Source of the DNA: Dendrobates tinctorius | Lineage: Eukaryota | Direction of reading: 5' to 3' | Assembly (NCBI RefSeq): GCF_039654945.1 | Contig: NW_027361872.1 | Location: forward strand, 11,842,001-11,906,000 | DNA length: 64,000 nt | Part shown: piece by piece, positions 1 to 12,159 of the stretch | Layout: every line of letters starts with the position of its first letter | Position numbering within the stretch: the stretch's first letter is position 1 | Notes under the pieces: generated by a model | What the model saw: only the letters and a program-made list of their open reading frames with translations | Database searches by the model: none | Told to the model about the DNA's origin: nothing | Position numbers and translations under genes: made by a program

Positions 1-754
1 CAGAGTCGGGACCACGCTGTGAAGGCTGTTAAAGAAAAAGACAAAAATAACATAATTAGCCTCCACAAAAGAAATGAAATAAAAAGTGCAAAAAAACAAA
101 GCAAAAATATTTATACTTACACGCTGGTGACCGCCGCGTTGCTGTCGCCGACGACCCTGGGAGGCACTGCGAGGACCTCTTGGCCGAGCACCAGATTGGG
201 AAGACTAGAGAAGAAAACAAAAAATGTTATGTCTTTGGATGTAGGCATTTGTTTGCTGTGTGTGGTCTGCAGAACATTGTTTTCTATGTGTTGTGTGTAG
301 TGTGATGTTGTGTTTCTGCGTTTGATGCCAAAAACTTACCAATTGTGAGCCCACTCCAGGTGTCTGTCCACCCCTTCCTTCTTCTTCTGGGAGCTCCTCT
401 TCATCTTGTGATTCCTGTTTTGAAATAAAAGGCTATGAATAGACATATATTACAGAGATGATGGATTTTGGAAATAAAAACTTACCGTCAAACGCTGACG
501 ATGAAAGGGAGGGCTCCCAGAAGATGATGTGCTGTCTTCCTGCTGGCCAGACTCCATGCCTGTGGGTGGTGTTACAGCTGCTGCCAGTGCTGCTGCTGCA
601 TCTCTTGGGCGGCTGTTGAATAAAGAGAAACAAAGGGCCAATGAATATCTTGATATTCCATGGCCCTAGTTTGGAGGAATGGGGGATTTGATAATTACCG
701 TCTCTCATCTGCTGCTGGACTCCCCTCCTCAGCATGTTCCATTTGCTGCTCCAT
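1..754 (-). CDS. Spliced, partial transposon-borne gene (probable Harbinger Myb/MADF ORF N-terminus); exons 699-754, 486-612, 340-414, 121-204, <1-25
   Basis: Four short GT-AG introns (86, 71, 135, 95 bp) with pyrimidine tracts. The joined frame is stop-free: MEQQMEHAEEGSPAADERRRPRDAAAALAA...RQRLT ESQDEEELPEEEG...SQL SSQSGARPRG...GGHQR PSQRGPDS. The MADF identity is inferred because the domain would lie outside the window. Confidence 0.72.
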
Positions 755-862
755 TTGGGGTGGTGGTGGTGCTGATGGTGCTGCAGTGGTCTCCTGCCTT
801 CTCCTGCGCCTGGTTCCTGTCTTGGGTGGCAAGTTGGGTGTGGCTGAGGGTCCCACTGTCTT

Positions 863-874
863 GCTTTTATATAT
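863..874 (-). promoter_or_regulatory. TATA box for the spliced transposon gene
   Basis: Minus strand reads ATATATAAAAGC, about 110 bp upstream of the ATG at 754 and just inside the subterminal repeats. Confidence 0.5.
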
Positions 875-1546
875 GTGTCTTGTGGGCAGAGCTACTGAGC
901 ATGCTCAGACCAAAAAAAACGGATCCGGCCACCGGATCCGGCTGTCGCCGGATCCGGCGCATTGCGGCGCTCATAGGCTTTCATTGTGTGAAAAAGCCGG
1001 ACGCGCCGGATCCGGCGTGTCCGGCTTTTTCGCCGGAGACAAAAAACGTTACAGCGAAAACCGGATGTGTGAAAGAGGCCTTACTCACCAATCTGCTACA
1101 CCGACGCCTTTGGCCCATGTGCCCACCCGGACCTTAGGCTTAGAAAATCCACCTCACCCAGTGAACCCCTTGAACTTCTTGTAACAAAGTTCCTGTTTAT
1201 GCCATAATAATGCTGGTGATGGTTTCACATTTTATTATACTACACAAAGTTGTACAGGATATTACTGACCTGTTACATGAAGAAACAATGCAGAAAAATA
1301 CTGCAGAATGTAGCATCCTGTCCACAGCAGACACTGAGGGTGGCCGAGCAGAAAAACTCTTGGTCCGCCTTCTCCTATTTGGGTGTTATGATCGAGATCC
1401 TTAGCAGGAAAGTTATAGATGGGAAGTCGTTACTTGCATGAAATCCCCTATGTAGGCCAGAATGGGAAGCTGCTCTGTAAGGGGGAGTTTAGCACTAATG
1501 GGCTGGCCATACCTTAATGATAGTTATTTTGGTGATTACCTTTAAT

Positions 1547-1864
1547 AGGGGTTGTCCACTTTTTCTTTATTTTAATAAATGTGTTGCAGACATGATTTTG
1601 TGGAACTTACTAATATATAAGCATTACAGGTTCTCCTCCTTCCTCAATGACTGCACATTTCTCCTGTTCTCCAATAACTGCTCAGAGTGGGGCACACGTG
1701 GGGTCACACGCTCCTCCATCAACCATTATATGGACAGGAGATCTGTGCAGTCATTGAGGAAAGCTGAACTACACAAGTACAAGAGGAAAACCTGTAATAC
1801 TTAAATAACAAGTGTCCATAAAACGTCCTCCAACACAATTATTACAATAAAGTGGACAACCCCT
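1547..1864. mobile_element. T2/Kolobok-type MITE
   Basis: TIRs AGGGGTTGTCCACT...AGTGGACAACCCCT with TTAA-type flanks; a related internal sequence occurs at about 43009-43385. Confidence 0.75.
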
Positions 1865-2399
1865 TTAAGGTTTGCACAACCTAGAATGAAGAGGGAAGTC
1901 TAAATCCCATTATTAGATATGATATACTCTTACATCAATTTTCTGTGTCAGTTTTCAGATATTCATTTCCACCCTACAGGGGAGCCGGACGCGTTACGAC
2001 CCATCTAAAATGACAGTTATATTAAGATATAAATAAATCACGCTACGAGGCCGGCAACATCTTTCTTATTGGAATAAAACTTAACAAAAGATGTGTCTGG
2101 AGTCAAGAACCAGCTGAATTATGTCTTTTGTTTGTGAAATGAGTGAAAAACCTTGATGCCCGTGAAGGTTTTGGAAAAAAAAAAACAAACAAAAATGACA
2201 AGGGAAAAAGCATTTCTACGGCACTTTTTACACATTTACATCTCCACTCCCTGCTCCTTGAAAGTCAGATTTACATACGGTAGCAGAAAGTCTCAGTCCG
2301 GGACATAAGAACGGCTCTCTATAAAACGCAGGACTCAGTAATGAAGCTCAGCCTAGAGCAGAGTATTAATGTCCAGTCAAGGTGATGTACGGATTTCCA

Positions 2400-2617
2400 T
2401 CAATCACTTGTTTGAGAGATATTTTCCAAGTTATCCTCCAGAGAATCATCTTTTCTGGCAACACCGTAGTGATGTAGCACATCAGAATACTGCAGATAAT
2501 CTTGAAGGCAGACAGGAAGAGGCAGCTGAGATATGAATTTATTAGACCGTAAATGCTCAGTTCTCAAGAGGGAGCGGATCTGAAGCCGACAGAGATGCAT
2601 CAGTGACGGGAGGGATG
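2400..2617 (-). CDS. asb3: ASB3 last coding exon (SOCS box) to TGA stop
   Basis: Acceptor cccctgcacag|CATC; the G|CA join gives [18 protein letters not shown]...[16 protein letters not shown], a SOCS box (BC box plus LPLP cullin box); stop at 2400-2402. Confidence 0.94.
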
Positions 2618-3745
2618 CTGTGCAGGGGGAAACAAAAAAAGAAAAAAAAATATTTTAGATTTTAGAAGGCAAATAAAACTTTGGAGGAGTGTTTCAGTAA
2701 GCTACGAGGTGTGACCAATGGTGGTGTATGTTGCTCATCTTCCAGCCAAAGTTTTGGGACCCCAGTACACTTTCCGCAGCTAAAGCTGGCCATACTCATG
2801 ATGGCTGACTGACGAGCATCCATTTGGCCGACAGCGATTTCTGACTCCCCCATACACAACAGACACATGATCATTTTGCTCAAATGAATGGGAAAAGGAG
2901 GAAGCTGCTGCCAAATAACTCTGGCAGCGGCTTGTGTCCAGAAGAACAAAAAGGTAAAGTTCAAACTGCCTAACCAATGTTATCTGTCGGTGGAAGAGTC
3001 GAGAGGTATCTACACACATCAGACCGAAGTCCAATCCCAACAACATCAGCAAATTCGGACGAGGACGACTTTAGCATAATGTGTATGGTGCCTCAGTATG
3101 CCTTGTATTTTCTGCAGAATTCACCCCATGCATGGAAAATTGACAATGAAAATCTGCATCAAGAATTGACATTTTGCGGAATTGAAATATCAGGTATATT
3201 TATGTGTAGAAAATAGAATCTAATTATTTTCTGTAAAACGCTGCACACAAATCTGCGACGTGTGCATTTCTCCTAAATCTGACTGTGCAACCAGCAGCTT
3301 GGGCGCCACTATTCCAGAGTTGTTATATTACGCCACTGTTCCTAAGTTCCTGTCTAATACTGGGGAACATGCAGGCTTACTGTGGGAACTTAGTTGGTCT
3401 ATTCTGCACCCAAGTTGTATACATTTGTAGGTACTTGGCACAAGTGCACCTGTTTTATAGTAACTGACAGAATATGAAATCCGTGAACATTTACACAGAA
3501 ATCCTATGGATTGAAGTTGTAGGCACTCTGTATAGTGGAGTTACACTTCCCTCAAAAGTATTACTGACATTGAAGAAATCCTTACTAAGGCAACATGCCA
3601 TCCAGGATTGCGTTATTCTTTATTTTCTAACTTTGGCAGAAAAAAATCTTTTAAATGAAATTGGAGATACATCATGAGCACACATACCACTATGGGTGCC
3701 CATGCCATACAAACTGGAGCTTGTACAGAGGTATAAAATGGCTGC

Positions 3746-4266
3746 TGTAAGGATGCAGCTGGACAGGTCATGGATGGGAGTTATGTGTCACCAAGGAGGT
3801 TAGCCTTGATGATGTGAAGTCCAGAGAAAGGCCCCAAAGTAGTTACTGAGAATCTTTTTAATAGGCTTGTATTTTTGGGTCCAGGTTTTAGGAGTGGGCA
3901 GAAGAGCTGGGTGGCACTGGCTTTTTTTCACATCTTCACTTTGGGGTTTTAACTGCATATTTAAGGCAGCTCATCTGCCTCAGAGGGTGTTTGTGTGTGA
4001 AGGTGAAAAGACCTGTTTGTTGTATACTGGATAGCCTCAGTTAAAGGTTGAGTAAGTCTGGATTTACCTTTGAACGGGTGAGTCCACTCTGTGAAGCTGA
4101 ATCTTTGACAGTTCTGATTATTTTTTCCCTTTGTGCCATGCCAAGGCTGTTTTGCTGTGTGAGCTTGGACGGATTATGGACTTTTAATATACCACTCCCT
4201 ATTTGAACCTGAGAACTTGCTGCCTGTGTCTACTTGAACCACTGCCAGAGAGAGTGAACCTCCACA
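3746..4266 (+). mobile_element. Probable decayed solo LTR
   Basis: TG...CA ends; its 3' end (gagagagtgaacctccaca) resembles the LTR end just before the PBS at 50509; no clear TSD. Confidence 0.45.
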
Positions 4267-6673
4267 ATGTGTATGAGACTTTAGTCCTATAATTTGTGTT
4301 CTGTATTAATTTTATTTGCACCATACTAATCATTTTTCCTCGCCTTAGCTCTAACCTAAGGTCAACTTTCAAGTTCTTTGATACAAGTGGAAATTATATA
4401 TTTTTTTCTATGATTTTTCTAATATGAGATCGAAAAAGCTTGTCTTATTCCTTATGATAAAAACTGGATATGGATACAATTTTTTCATGGTCTGATCTGT
4501 AGACTGGCCTCGGGTCACCTGAACTGAACTCAACAGCCTTATACAACAAGCCTATAACACTGGTGAGTTTGGGCTAGGAGACCTGCAGGCGGTCTGGACA
4601 TTGCGGTTCGTACTTGAGATCGTAAATGTCAAACATGTGAAACCAGCCATAGGCAGGGAAGCTATTAGATCCTGGCTCTGGCTATACGTATTCTCATTTT
4701 GTACAATTGATAATTTGGGATTTAACTAAATGTATTAACATTTTTATTGTAAAACTCATGAATGCTAACCCTGTATCCTGCTACTTTCAATTATCCTCAT
4801 CGTTTGCAGTCGAGAAGGCACCAGTGCCACTCGTCTCATTCACCTCTATCCTTTCATGACACTGCTGGCTGAGTACACATCAAAAGAATTTCAAAGCCTT
4901 TTGCTTCATCCATCACCTCCTCAATAGATATTTTACATACGGATTATATTTCTCTCTCCATCTTCATTTTTTTTTTCTCCCGGAGGATTACAGTGTGAAT
5001 ACATTTATAAAGTTTTGGACTGGCTGTTTGCAAGTATTAGACAGTCTTTAACTGAGCAGTTACAGTGTGTTCTTATAGGAGCCAGGAGGTTTATGATTGT
5101 CAAGCTTGTTATACAAGCTACAGCTCCTCGCTAACTTTATGTGCTGACAGGAAACATTGGAAATCATCATTTATAAAGTCTGTCAGTGCTGGACTGTAAA
5201 AAGAAGAAAAAAAATAATAAAAAAAAAAATTCCAATCCATTCTATTTTTAGTCGAAGCAGTTCTGAAACTTTTAAAGACTTTTGTGAAGACTTTTTTGAG
5301 AAGTTTAAAACTAAAAGAGTTCCACTCTCCTAGACGGAGCAGATAATCTGTAAAGCATCGTGAATTCTCCGGTGAGTCCTGCAGTCTGCTCCCATGGATG
5401 TGCTGGAATTATTCACCGTGGGTCAACAGTTTGAGATTACAGCCCCGATTCATCAGTTTTTTTTCAAGAAATCTGGCATAAAATTGTTTGAAAATGTCGT
5501 AACTCACAATAGTGAAAAAAAAAAAAGTGCAACTTTTGATGCTTTTACGCCTGCTCCGCCAACTCTTTGAAAAGTGCGATAAGCTTAGAGGAAAGGGGGC
5601 TTGGCGGACATTGGTCTTGTAAATCTACCATAATTTATACCACAAATATGGCGTAAAGTGAGTAGTCCCATCATCCGACGGCAGTGACCGGAGGTAAACA
5701 TTATACGTCTGATTGCAACTGTTAGCTATCTGACTAGTGGTAATGATTTTACTGCAGATCAGAGGCAGTGTTTGCTGCGCCGTCAAATGACAGCGTGAGA
5801 ACGCAGCTGCAATCGGACAGGGAAAAACACGTGAAAGTCCATGCCCGAGCAGTAGGTGTTCAGTATGGACCCTGAACTTTACTGTTTTGGTCCGTCTATC
5901 TAGAAATGATTTCTAGGGCTTAAGTTAAAGATGACACATTCACCCTCTATTTTAGGGAATGCGGGTCATGTGAATTTGTATCGACTGTATATGGCCTCGG
6001 AATTGCTTATGTGAATAAATAATCACACAGTTTGTGGAGCTGGAGTCTCTTCATTTTGCATTTTCCCTGCCTTGACAAGGCGCTTCCGGGTTCCGAACAC
6101 CCTCAAGATGCAATCAAGGTCAGCTGGATTTTATAATTTTTTTTATGTCTCAAAAAACTCTACTCTGGTATCTTAGGACAGCTTTGTGTTCACTATCATA
6201 GTTAATTATGGATTACCATGTAAAAACAATGCAACTTCATGCACGAGTGCAGCCTCAGACCACAGGCGTATGTTCACCCGATTGACTATGAGGGCATGCT
6301 CACATGTGGTGTTACTGCCATGTTTTTTTTCTGACCCAAAAAACAAGTTTTCGCACTTCTCATGCTTTTATGTACGGTTTTTCTTGCAATTTTCTCTTTT
6401 TCATTTGAATAGGTGAAAAGCACTGCAAAAACAACGGAAAAATTTGCATTGCTCAAAATACACATGGAAAAAAAGCAATGCAGCATGAGGGACATGAGAT
6501 TTCAGAAATCAAATGCTGCCTATTTTAAAGGAGTTGTCCACTACTCGGACAACCCCTTCTTGATCAAAATGTGTGGACCCCATAAAATAATGAAGCTTGT
6601 GCTCACCTCCCATGCCAGTGCCGTTCCCGTGGTGGCGGCAGTCACTCTCCTGGTGCTCCCGTGCGGTTGTTTT

Positions 6674-7828
6674 TGTTAGGCGTCGGGTTCCTGCCGCTGC
6701 ACAGCAGGAATCCCGAGCCTTGCACTCGGCGGTCTCCCATTCCCCTTCGGCCACAGAGGAGCCTGCTCAGCAGACTCGTCGATCCAGGCGCTCTGCTCAG
6801 ACCAGCTCTGTGGGCTTGGTTGCTGCTGCCACCTCTGGTCCAGCTATAGCAACGCATGCTGGTCAGCAGCGAGCTACTCCAGGGACTAAGTCCTCCTTTC
6901 GGTCCATTGAGCATGCCCGTGGAACAATCTCTCATTGGAGTTCGGAGGTCACATGCTCAGGTCCTTCTCCAGCTTGGATTGAACCATCTGAAAGGTCTGG
7001 AGGGTCCCGGAAGGACGCTGCTATAAAAGGTTTGCATGGCCGCTTGGCCATACGCTAGTATAGACTGCATTATCAGACTATGAGGAGTGCTGTATGCATG
7101 TATGAATGTCTCTGGTGAATGACTCATTAAGAAACCCCTACCCTTGGTACGCATGTGTTGTGCAGCCTAGCCTGTTAAGCGCCCAGGCTTAGGTGTAGGT
7201 AGGACAGAGTCTGAGACAGGCATCAGTGTCCACCGCTGGCTCGGCACGCCACGGTGCACGTGCTTGATACTCCATAGTCAGCGTCTATAGTGGCGTCTGC
7301 AGGTGCGACGTCGCACGCTCAGAAGGTCTAGAGCAGTATTTCTCAACTCCAGTCCTCAAGACCCACCAACAGGTCAAGTTTTCAGGATTTCCTTAGTATT
7401 GCACAGGTGATAACGTCATCACCTGCTCAAGCATTAATAGCATCACCTGTGCAATACTAAGGGAATCCTGAAAACTTGACCTGTTGGTGGGTCTTGAGGA
7501 CTGGAGTTGAGAAACACTGGTCTAGAGGGACTCTGACCCCATGTCCTTGGGGCAGAGTTCCGTGACCACTTTCTGTGCGATCCGTGGCCAGGCTCTGAGA
7601 GCCAAACAGGCACTGGCATTTATGTTCCGCGGTAGCGCGGCTCTGTGAGTTAACAGAGTTCGCTTCTGTTCACACTGGGTGACGTTAACCCACGTGTGAC
7701 CTTCTATACACGGCTTTATAATTCCACCATTACTAAGCAGCAGTTTACCACCCCTGCACGGTGGACGCCGGGCTGCGAACGCACCTTACTGTTATTTTAT
7801 TATTTTGTGAGTTCCGCCAGCCCTAACA
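6674..7828. mobile_element. Solo LTR with 5-bp TSD
   Basis: TGTTAGG...CCTAACA inverted termini; GTTTT duplicated at 6669-6673 and 7829-7833. Confidence 0.82.
7334..7519. mobile_element. hAT-type palindromic MITE (186 bp)
   Basis: Near-perfect ~90-bp inverted arms (CAGTATTTCTCAACTCCAG...CTGGAGTTGAGAAACACTG); 8-bp TSD GTCTAGAG at 7326-7333 and 7520-7527. Confidence 0.92.
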
Positions 7829-8602
7829 GTTTTGACATGCAACGCCGATACCCAAACAGCACTGACGTCACTGTCACCCATCTTTGGACAAATCAAACAA
7901 GAAGAGGAAGTCTGGTCTGCAGCTGACCTCTGACTTCCTCTTCATGGTCAATTCGACAGAAGGCGGCGCTGTTTGGGCGCTGACGTCACATATCACATCA
8001 ACCGTACGGGAGCCCCGGGGAGAGCGAGAGCCGACACCGCAAGAACAGCGCCGGCACGGGAGGGGAGTATAAGCTTTATTATTTTATGGGGGGTAAGCGA
8101 AGGGTATGACAAGAAGTTGTCCAAGTTTTGGCCAACTTTTTTAAGCACCAAATACACCACGTGCGAGACACCCTAAGACCCTGTCCATGCTTGCTTTGGA
8201 AGATCCATTGGCAATTCCGTCAAATCCGACTGTCTAAATGACACTGCATGTAGAACTATTCTGGTAGTCAATATTCAGAAACCCAGAAGGAGCTCCAAGG
8301 ATTATGATTGGGTTCGACCGGGTTTCTGAATATTGACGGCAAAAATAGCTCTGCAAGATGGACTGATCCGGCCCAGCCTCAATGCTTAGGTGAATCCTCA
8401 CGACACTTATACCTCCATGCGGTCATCTTCTTCACTTATCAGTGAAGTCCAATAATACTCTTTCGGCCTTCAAAAAAAAAACAGGGATGGTTATTTCAGC
8501 CTAAAACATCGCCTTGATCCAGCTCCGCAGAAGAGCTTGTTACCCCCCTGTAAACACTATAAGCCCCGGCACAGAGAATTCATCTGACAGTTGTTTGCTT
8601 AC

Positions 8603-8730
8603 CGAAATGCTTTTGTGGAGTGAAATGTTTTGCGTCGGGGGATAGAAGCAACTCCACATCGGCAGAAAGCATCTTCCAATTAGTGAACTCCAATGTAAAA
8701 TTAATAACTTCGTTATTTGAAAAAAAAACC
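8603..8730 (-). CDS. asb3: ASB3 penultimate coding exon
   Basis: Poly-pyrimidine tract then gtgcag|GGTT; donor TTCG|gtaagc; 128 bp with consistent phase. Encodes VFFSNNEVINFTLEFTNWKMLSADVELLLS (ASB3 motif FTLEFTNWK). Confidence 0.92.
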
Positions 8731-11700
8731 CTGCACGGTAAGGAAAAAAAAAAAAATGGTAACAAGATGTTAATACAGCGTCCTGTAAATACACACTAAT
8801 TAGTTCTCTACGTGTTGGTAAGATCACTCTGCAAGCACTGAAGGGAAAGATAAACCTATGGTCAAAGCATTGAATGGGAGAAAATAATAATATAAACTTA
8901 TCATATACATTTTATTGGACTCCATTAGGTGTCAGCACATTGTTGTGTCAAAAGACTTGTTGAAAGAATTGAAAAAAAATATTCTCATCCTTTCATATAC
9001 ATTCTGTAGAATGTTCTCGCTGCCTTCATCCTCCACAAGTTAAAATTAATTTGGGTGCACAAACCAACATAATAATTTGTCCAAAAGTTCTGCCCATTGT
9101 CAATGTCTGTACCTTTGCAATACATTCTTTTTGAGTGAGCACTACAGGTTCTGGAACTGCCACTTCCTCACTTTCCAGCATGTATTGGTACTGCCATGGT
9201 CCCATTCCCTGAATTGAATGTCCATCTCTCTTTTATGCCTGTATGCAATTTGCAATACACTCTTTTTGAGTGAGCAGTTCATCAGGATTCTGCCAGCACT
9301 ACAAGTTCTGGAACTTTCATTTCCTCACTTTCCAGCATGCATTGTTACTGCCATGGTCCAATGCGCTAAACTGAATGCCCATATCTCTTTTATGCCTGTA
9401 TGCAACTTGCAAAACATCAGAGTAGCAATTGGGAGACAAAGACCTGCTCAAAGTCCTTGAAGCCTTCCAACTGTCTTTACTGCCAGAGAAGGATTACACT
9501 TGTTAACACTCAGTAGACGGCAGGTTACACAGAAGGGAGGCACAAAGTGGCCAGCAGCAGCGTGATTTTTGAGGGTTAGACGACAACATAATTTTTTAAC
9601 TAAATTATTTGCAAATTTGTCTATCACATTATTCATCAGATGAAATTGAGTTATTTAAAGGAACAGGGACCGATTAATTGGCGTTTATAAGCCAGTAACT
9701 AGCAGCAGTGATGAAGAACTGCCGATCGTTCAATTTTCTAGGCGGGACAAAACAAAAATAAAAGAGAATACAAAAATTAAAAAAATATAGCAAAATAAAT
9801 ACCGTCTATAAAAAGTTAGAATCACCCCCTTTTCCCAGTTAAATAATTGTCAATCACATTTGGTACTGAAGCATTTGTTAAAGTCTCATCTATGAAAATA
9901 TATCATTAACCGATAAAGAAAAGGCTGTCAAAAGAAAATAAAAAAATCAAAAGTCCATAATTGCTGGGTTTTGGTCACAGAAAAAGCAATCCAAAACACC
10001 GCTTATACAGGACCATAAAGAGAAAAAAAAAAAAAAGTTATGGGTCTCAATAAATGGTGATACGAACCAAAGTTGTTTTTTAGTTTTTGAATTTTTTTCA
10101 TTAACTATGCATGCAGCCACGGGGACTCAAACATATTTTCCGAGCACGCTCGGTCAGCACCCAAGCATGCTCAGATAACACCTTACCCGAGCAAGTTCGC
10201 TCAATGCTAGTGGTAATCCTCAACTTCAACCCTCACTTTTCAATTACTTTTCCAATATCTACGAGCAATTGGAGTTTAACACCAATGGTGCTGCTTGGCT
10301 GAATGGTAGAATCACACACCAATGTCTGCCAGTACGCTATGTAACGAAACTATCACTTTTAGCTTCCATAATTCATTGCAGTCGGCATTGAAAAAAAGTT
10401 ACGTTACGCTTCAGAATGTGGTCTTTGAGCCGGTCGTTCCACTCTCTATGAGAGAGACAAATGCAGCTGGAAATTACCGAAGAATTACTGTCTGTAGGAG
10501 CGGAGTGTACTTTGGGAGAGCCGTGGGTGAATCCTTGTCTAGGAGGACAGGAGGAAATCCGTATGCACCGAAAAAGGAGATTTCACATGGCAAAAGTCTA
10601 TGCCTGATTTTATTACCGGTTTAATACTAGTCTGCAATGACATTTGCTGGTCGCAGAGCAAAAAATGGTTAATAAGGTATATTATGAGGTTGTACATTTG
10701 CCAATGCTTTATTCAATTATTGAAAAAAAAAAAGGAAAAATTAAACGATAACGACCCTTTAAAGGATCTGGACTCGCATGGCTCGGTTCACATTTCACAA
10801 ATAAATACTTGGTGACCTTTTCCCACAATACATCTTTAGTGTGTCTATTGGGGCTGATGCCTACGAGTTCTGCACACTAACGAGAAGTGACATCTGTCCT
10901 TTCATCTAGGCAATTGCCTTTTATTCTGAGATTTCTCGTACATTGTCGGAGGACCACGATTGTCATGTAGCCGTCCACTACATACAGGATACTGACTGGA
11001 CCTCTCGAGAAATTCACTTTTTATTTGGTCACTAAGTTTATGGTTTAGAGACGTGTAGGGCCTGGAGAAATGTCAGATGGTTCGCTTATATTTCTTATTT
11101 TAATAATAAGGCTCCGTTATAAGAGACGTCTAATATCTGGCTCACTATATCTAGCAAGTTATCCGTTTTCTTTTTGGGAATAAGTCTCATTTAAGAGCAG
11201 AGTTTCCCAAATATAACAGATCTGTAGCTCGCTGGTTTGTCTGGGTCAGTCTACCAAGTCTCCGACAATTCCCGGCACAGGGCTGGTGCTCGGTCTCCGT
11301 TCTTGGTCTTACGGTATCACCTTCGGGAAGCTTTAACATCTGTCGCTCTCCAATAATTCACATATGCAGAGATTTCATTTTGCTGGCACAAGAGTTCTGA
11401 CATCAGCTATTAATAAAGACTTCTACTCCCATAAAATAACACTCCTGCAGCGCATCTTCTTATTCTTTTACACTCGTTATATTGGTATTTTCCATGGAAA
11501 TGCGTATAAGACCTAATAAAGGCATAAAAGAGGCTTCAATATCACAATTCTCACTGCCTATGTTATTCTCCCGACATAAGCAGCTGATCTGTACGTGTCC
11601 GGGTCCTAAGACCCCCACTAATCGCCCAGGACTGCTCACTTCTGCAAGCAGCTGCGCTCAGCTGCTGCCCGAGTGCAGGCACAGAGTGGTACACGGACCA

Positions 11701-12159
11701 CAGGAGAATCCTCCGGTGGGCCCATCTTGTGCTAGGGTGAGCCACCACCCTCTTATATGAGCAGTAAAATGCTTGCAAGTCCATATACCACTCTGTACCT
11801 GCACTCAGGCAGGCGCCGAGCGCAGCTGCTTGCAGAAGTGAGCACTTGTAAGCAATCCTCCGAGAAATCGACCAGTCTTCACAGCATTTAAGGGGAAGGG
11901 AGAAAAACATATTTATAAAAAAATAAAAAAATAACTAATATTCTTTTTGTGATAAATGTGTGACCCTATACTATCAGGCATATTCTGTACTGATTGGACT
12001 GTGCAAGGGCAACCACCATGAACAATGGAAATGGGAACACCCAGTTGTCAATTCATTTATACATGCCCGAAGGAGTAACTAAGCAATGGCAGAGCTCGAA
12101 AATATGGTGTTTGTGTTAATATTGTAGGGGGCTTGCAAGCATTTAGCAAAGCAGACATA

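Larger units (their letters stand above)
1..1080 (-). mobile_element. Terminus of a PIF/Harbinger-like DNA transposon (continues beyond the window start)
   Basis: Terminus ...ccggatgtgtgaaagaggcc followed by TTA (3-bp target); subterminal CCGGATCCGG palindromes; same GGCY..TTTCACAC TIR type as the MITE at 20852. Confidence 0.7.
6529..8140. mobile_element. T2/Kolobok MITE split by nested insertions
   Basis: TTAA|AGGAGTTGTCCACTACTCGGACAACCCC at the left; degenerate GTTGTCCAAG..GGCCAACTTT|TTAA at the right. Confidence 0.6.

Noticed and set aside
660-1184. Plus-strand 174-aa and 152-aa ORFs
   Set aside because: They run antisense across the spliced minus-strand gene and the GC-rich subterminal palindromes, with no domain signal.
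1231-1571. asb3 polyadenylation signals (AATAAA on the minus strand at 1566-1571 and 1231-1236)
   Set aside because: One lies within a MITE, and neither can be chosen without transcript data.
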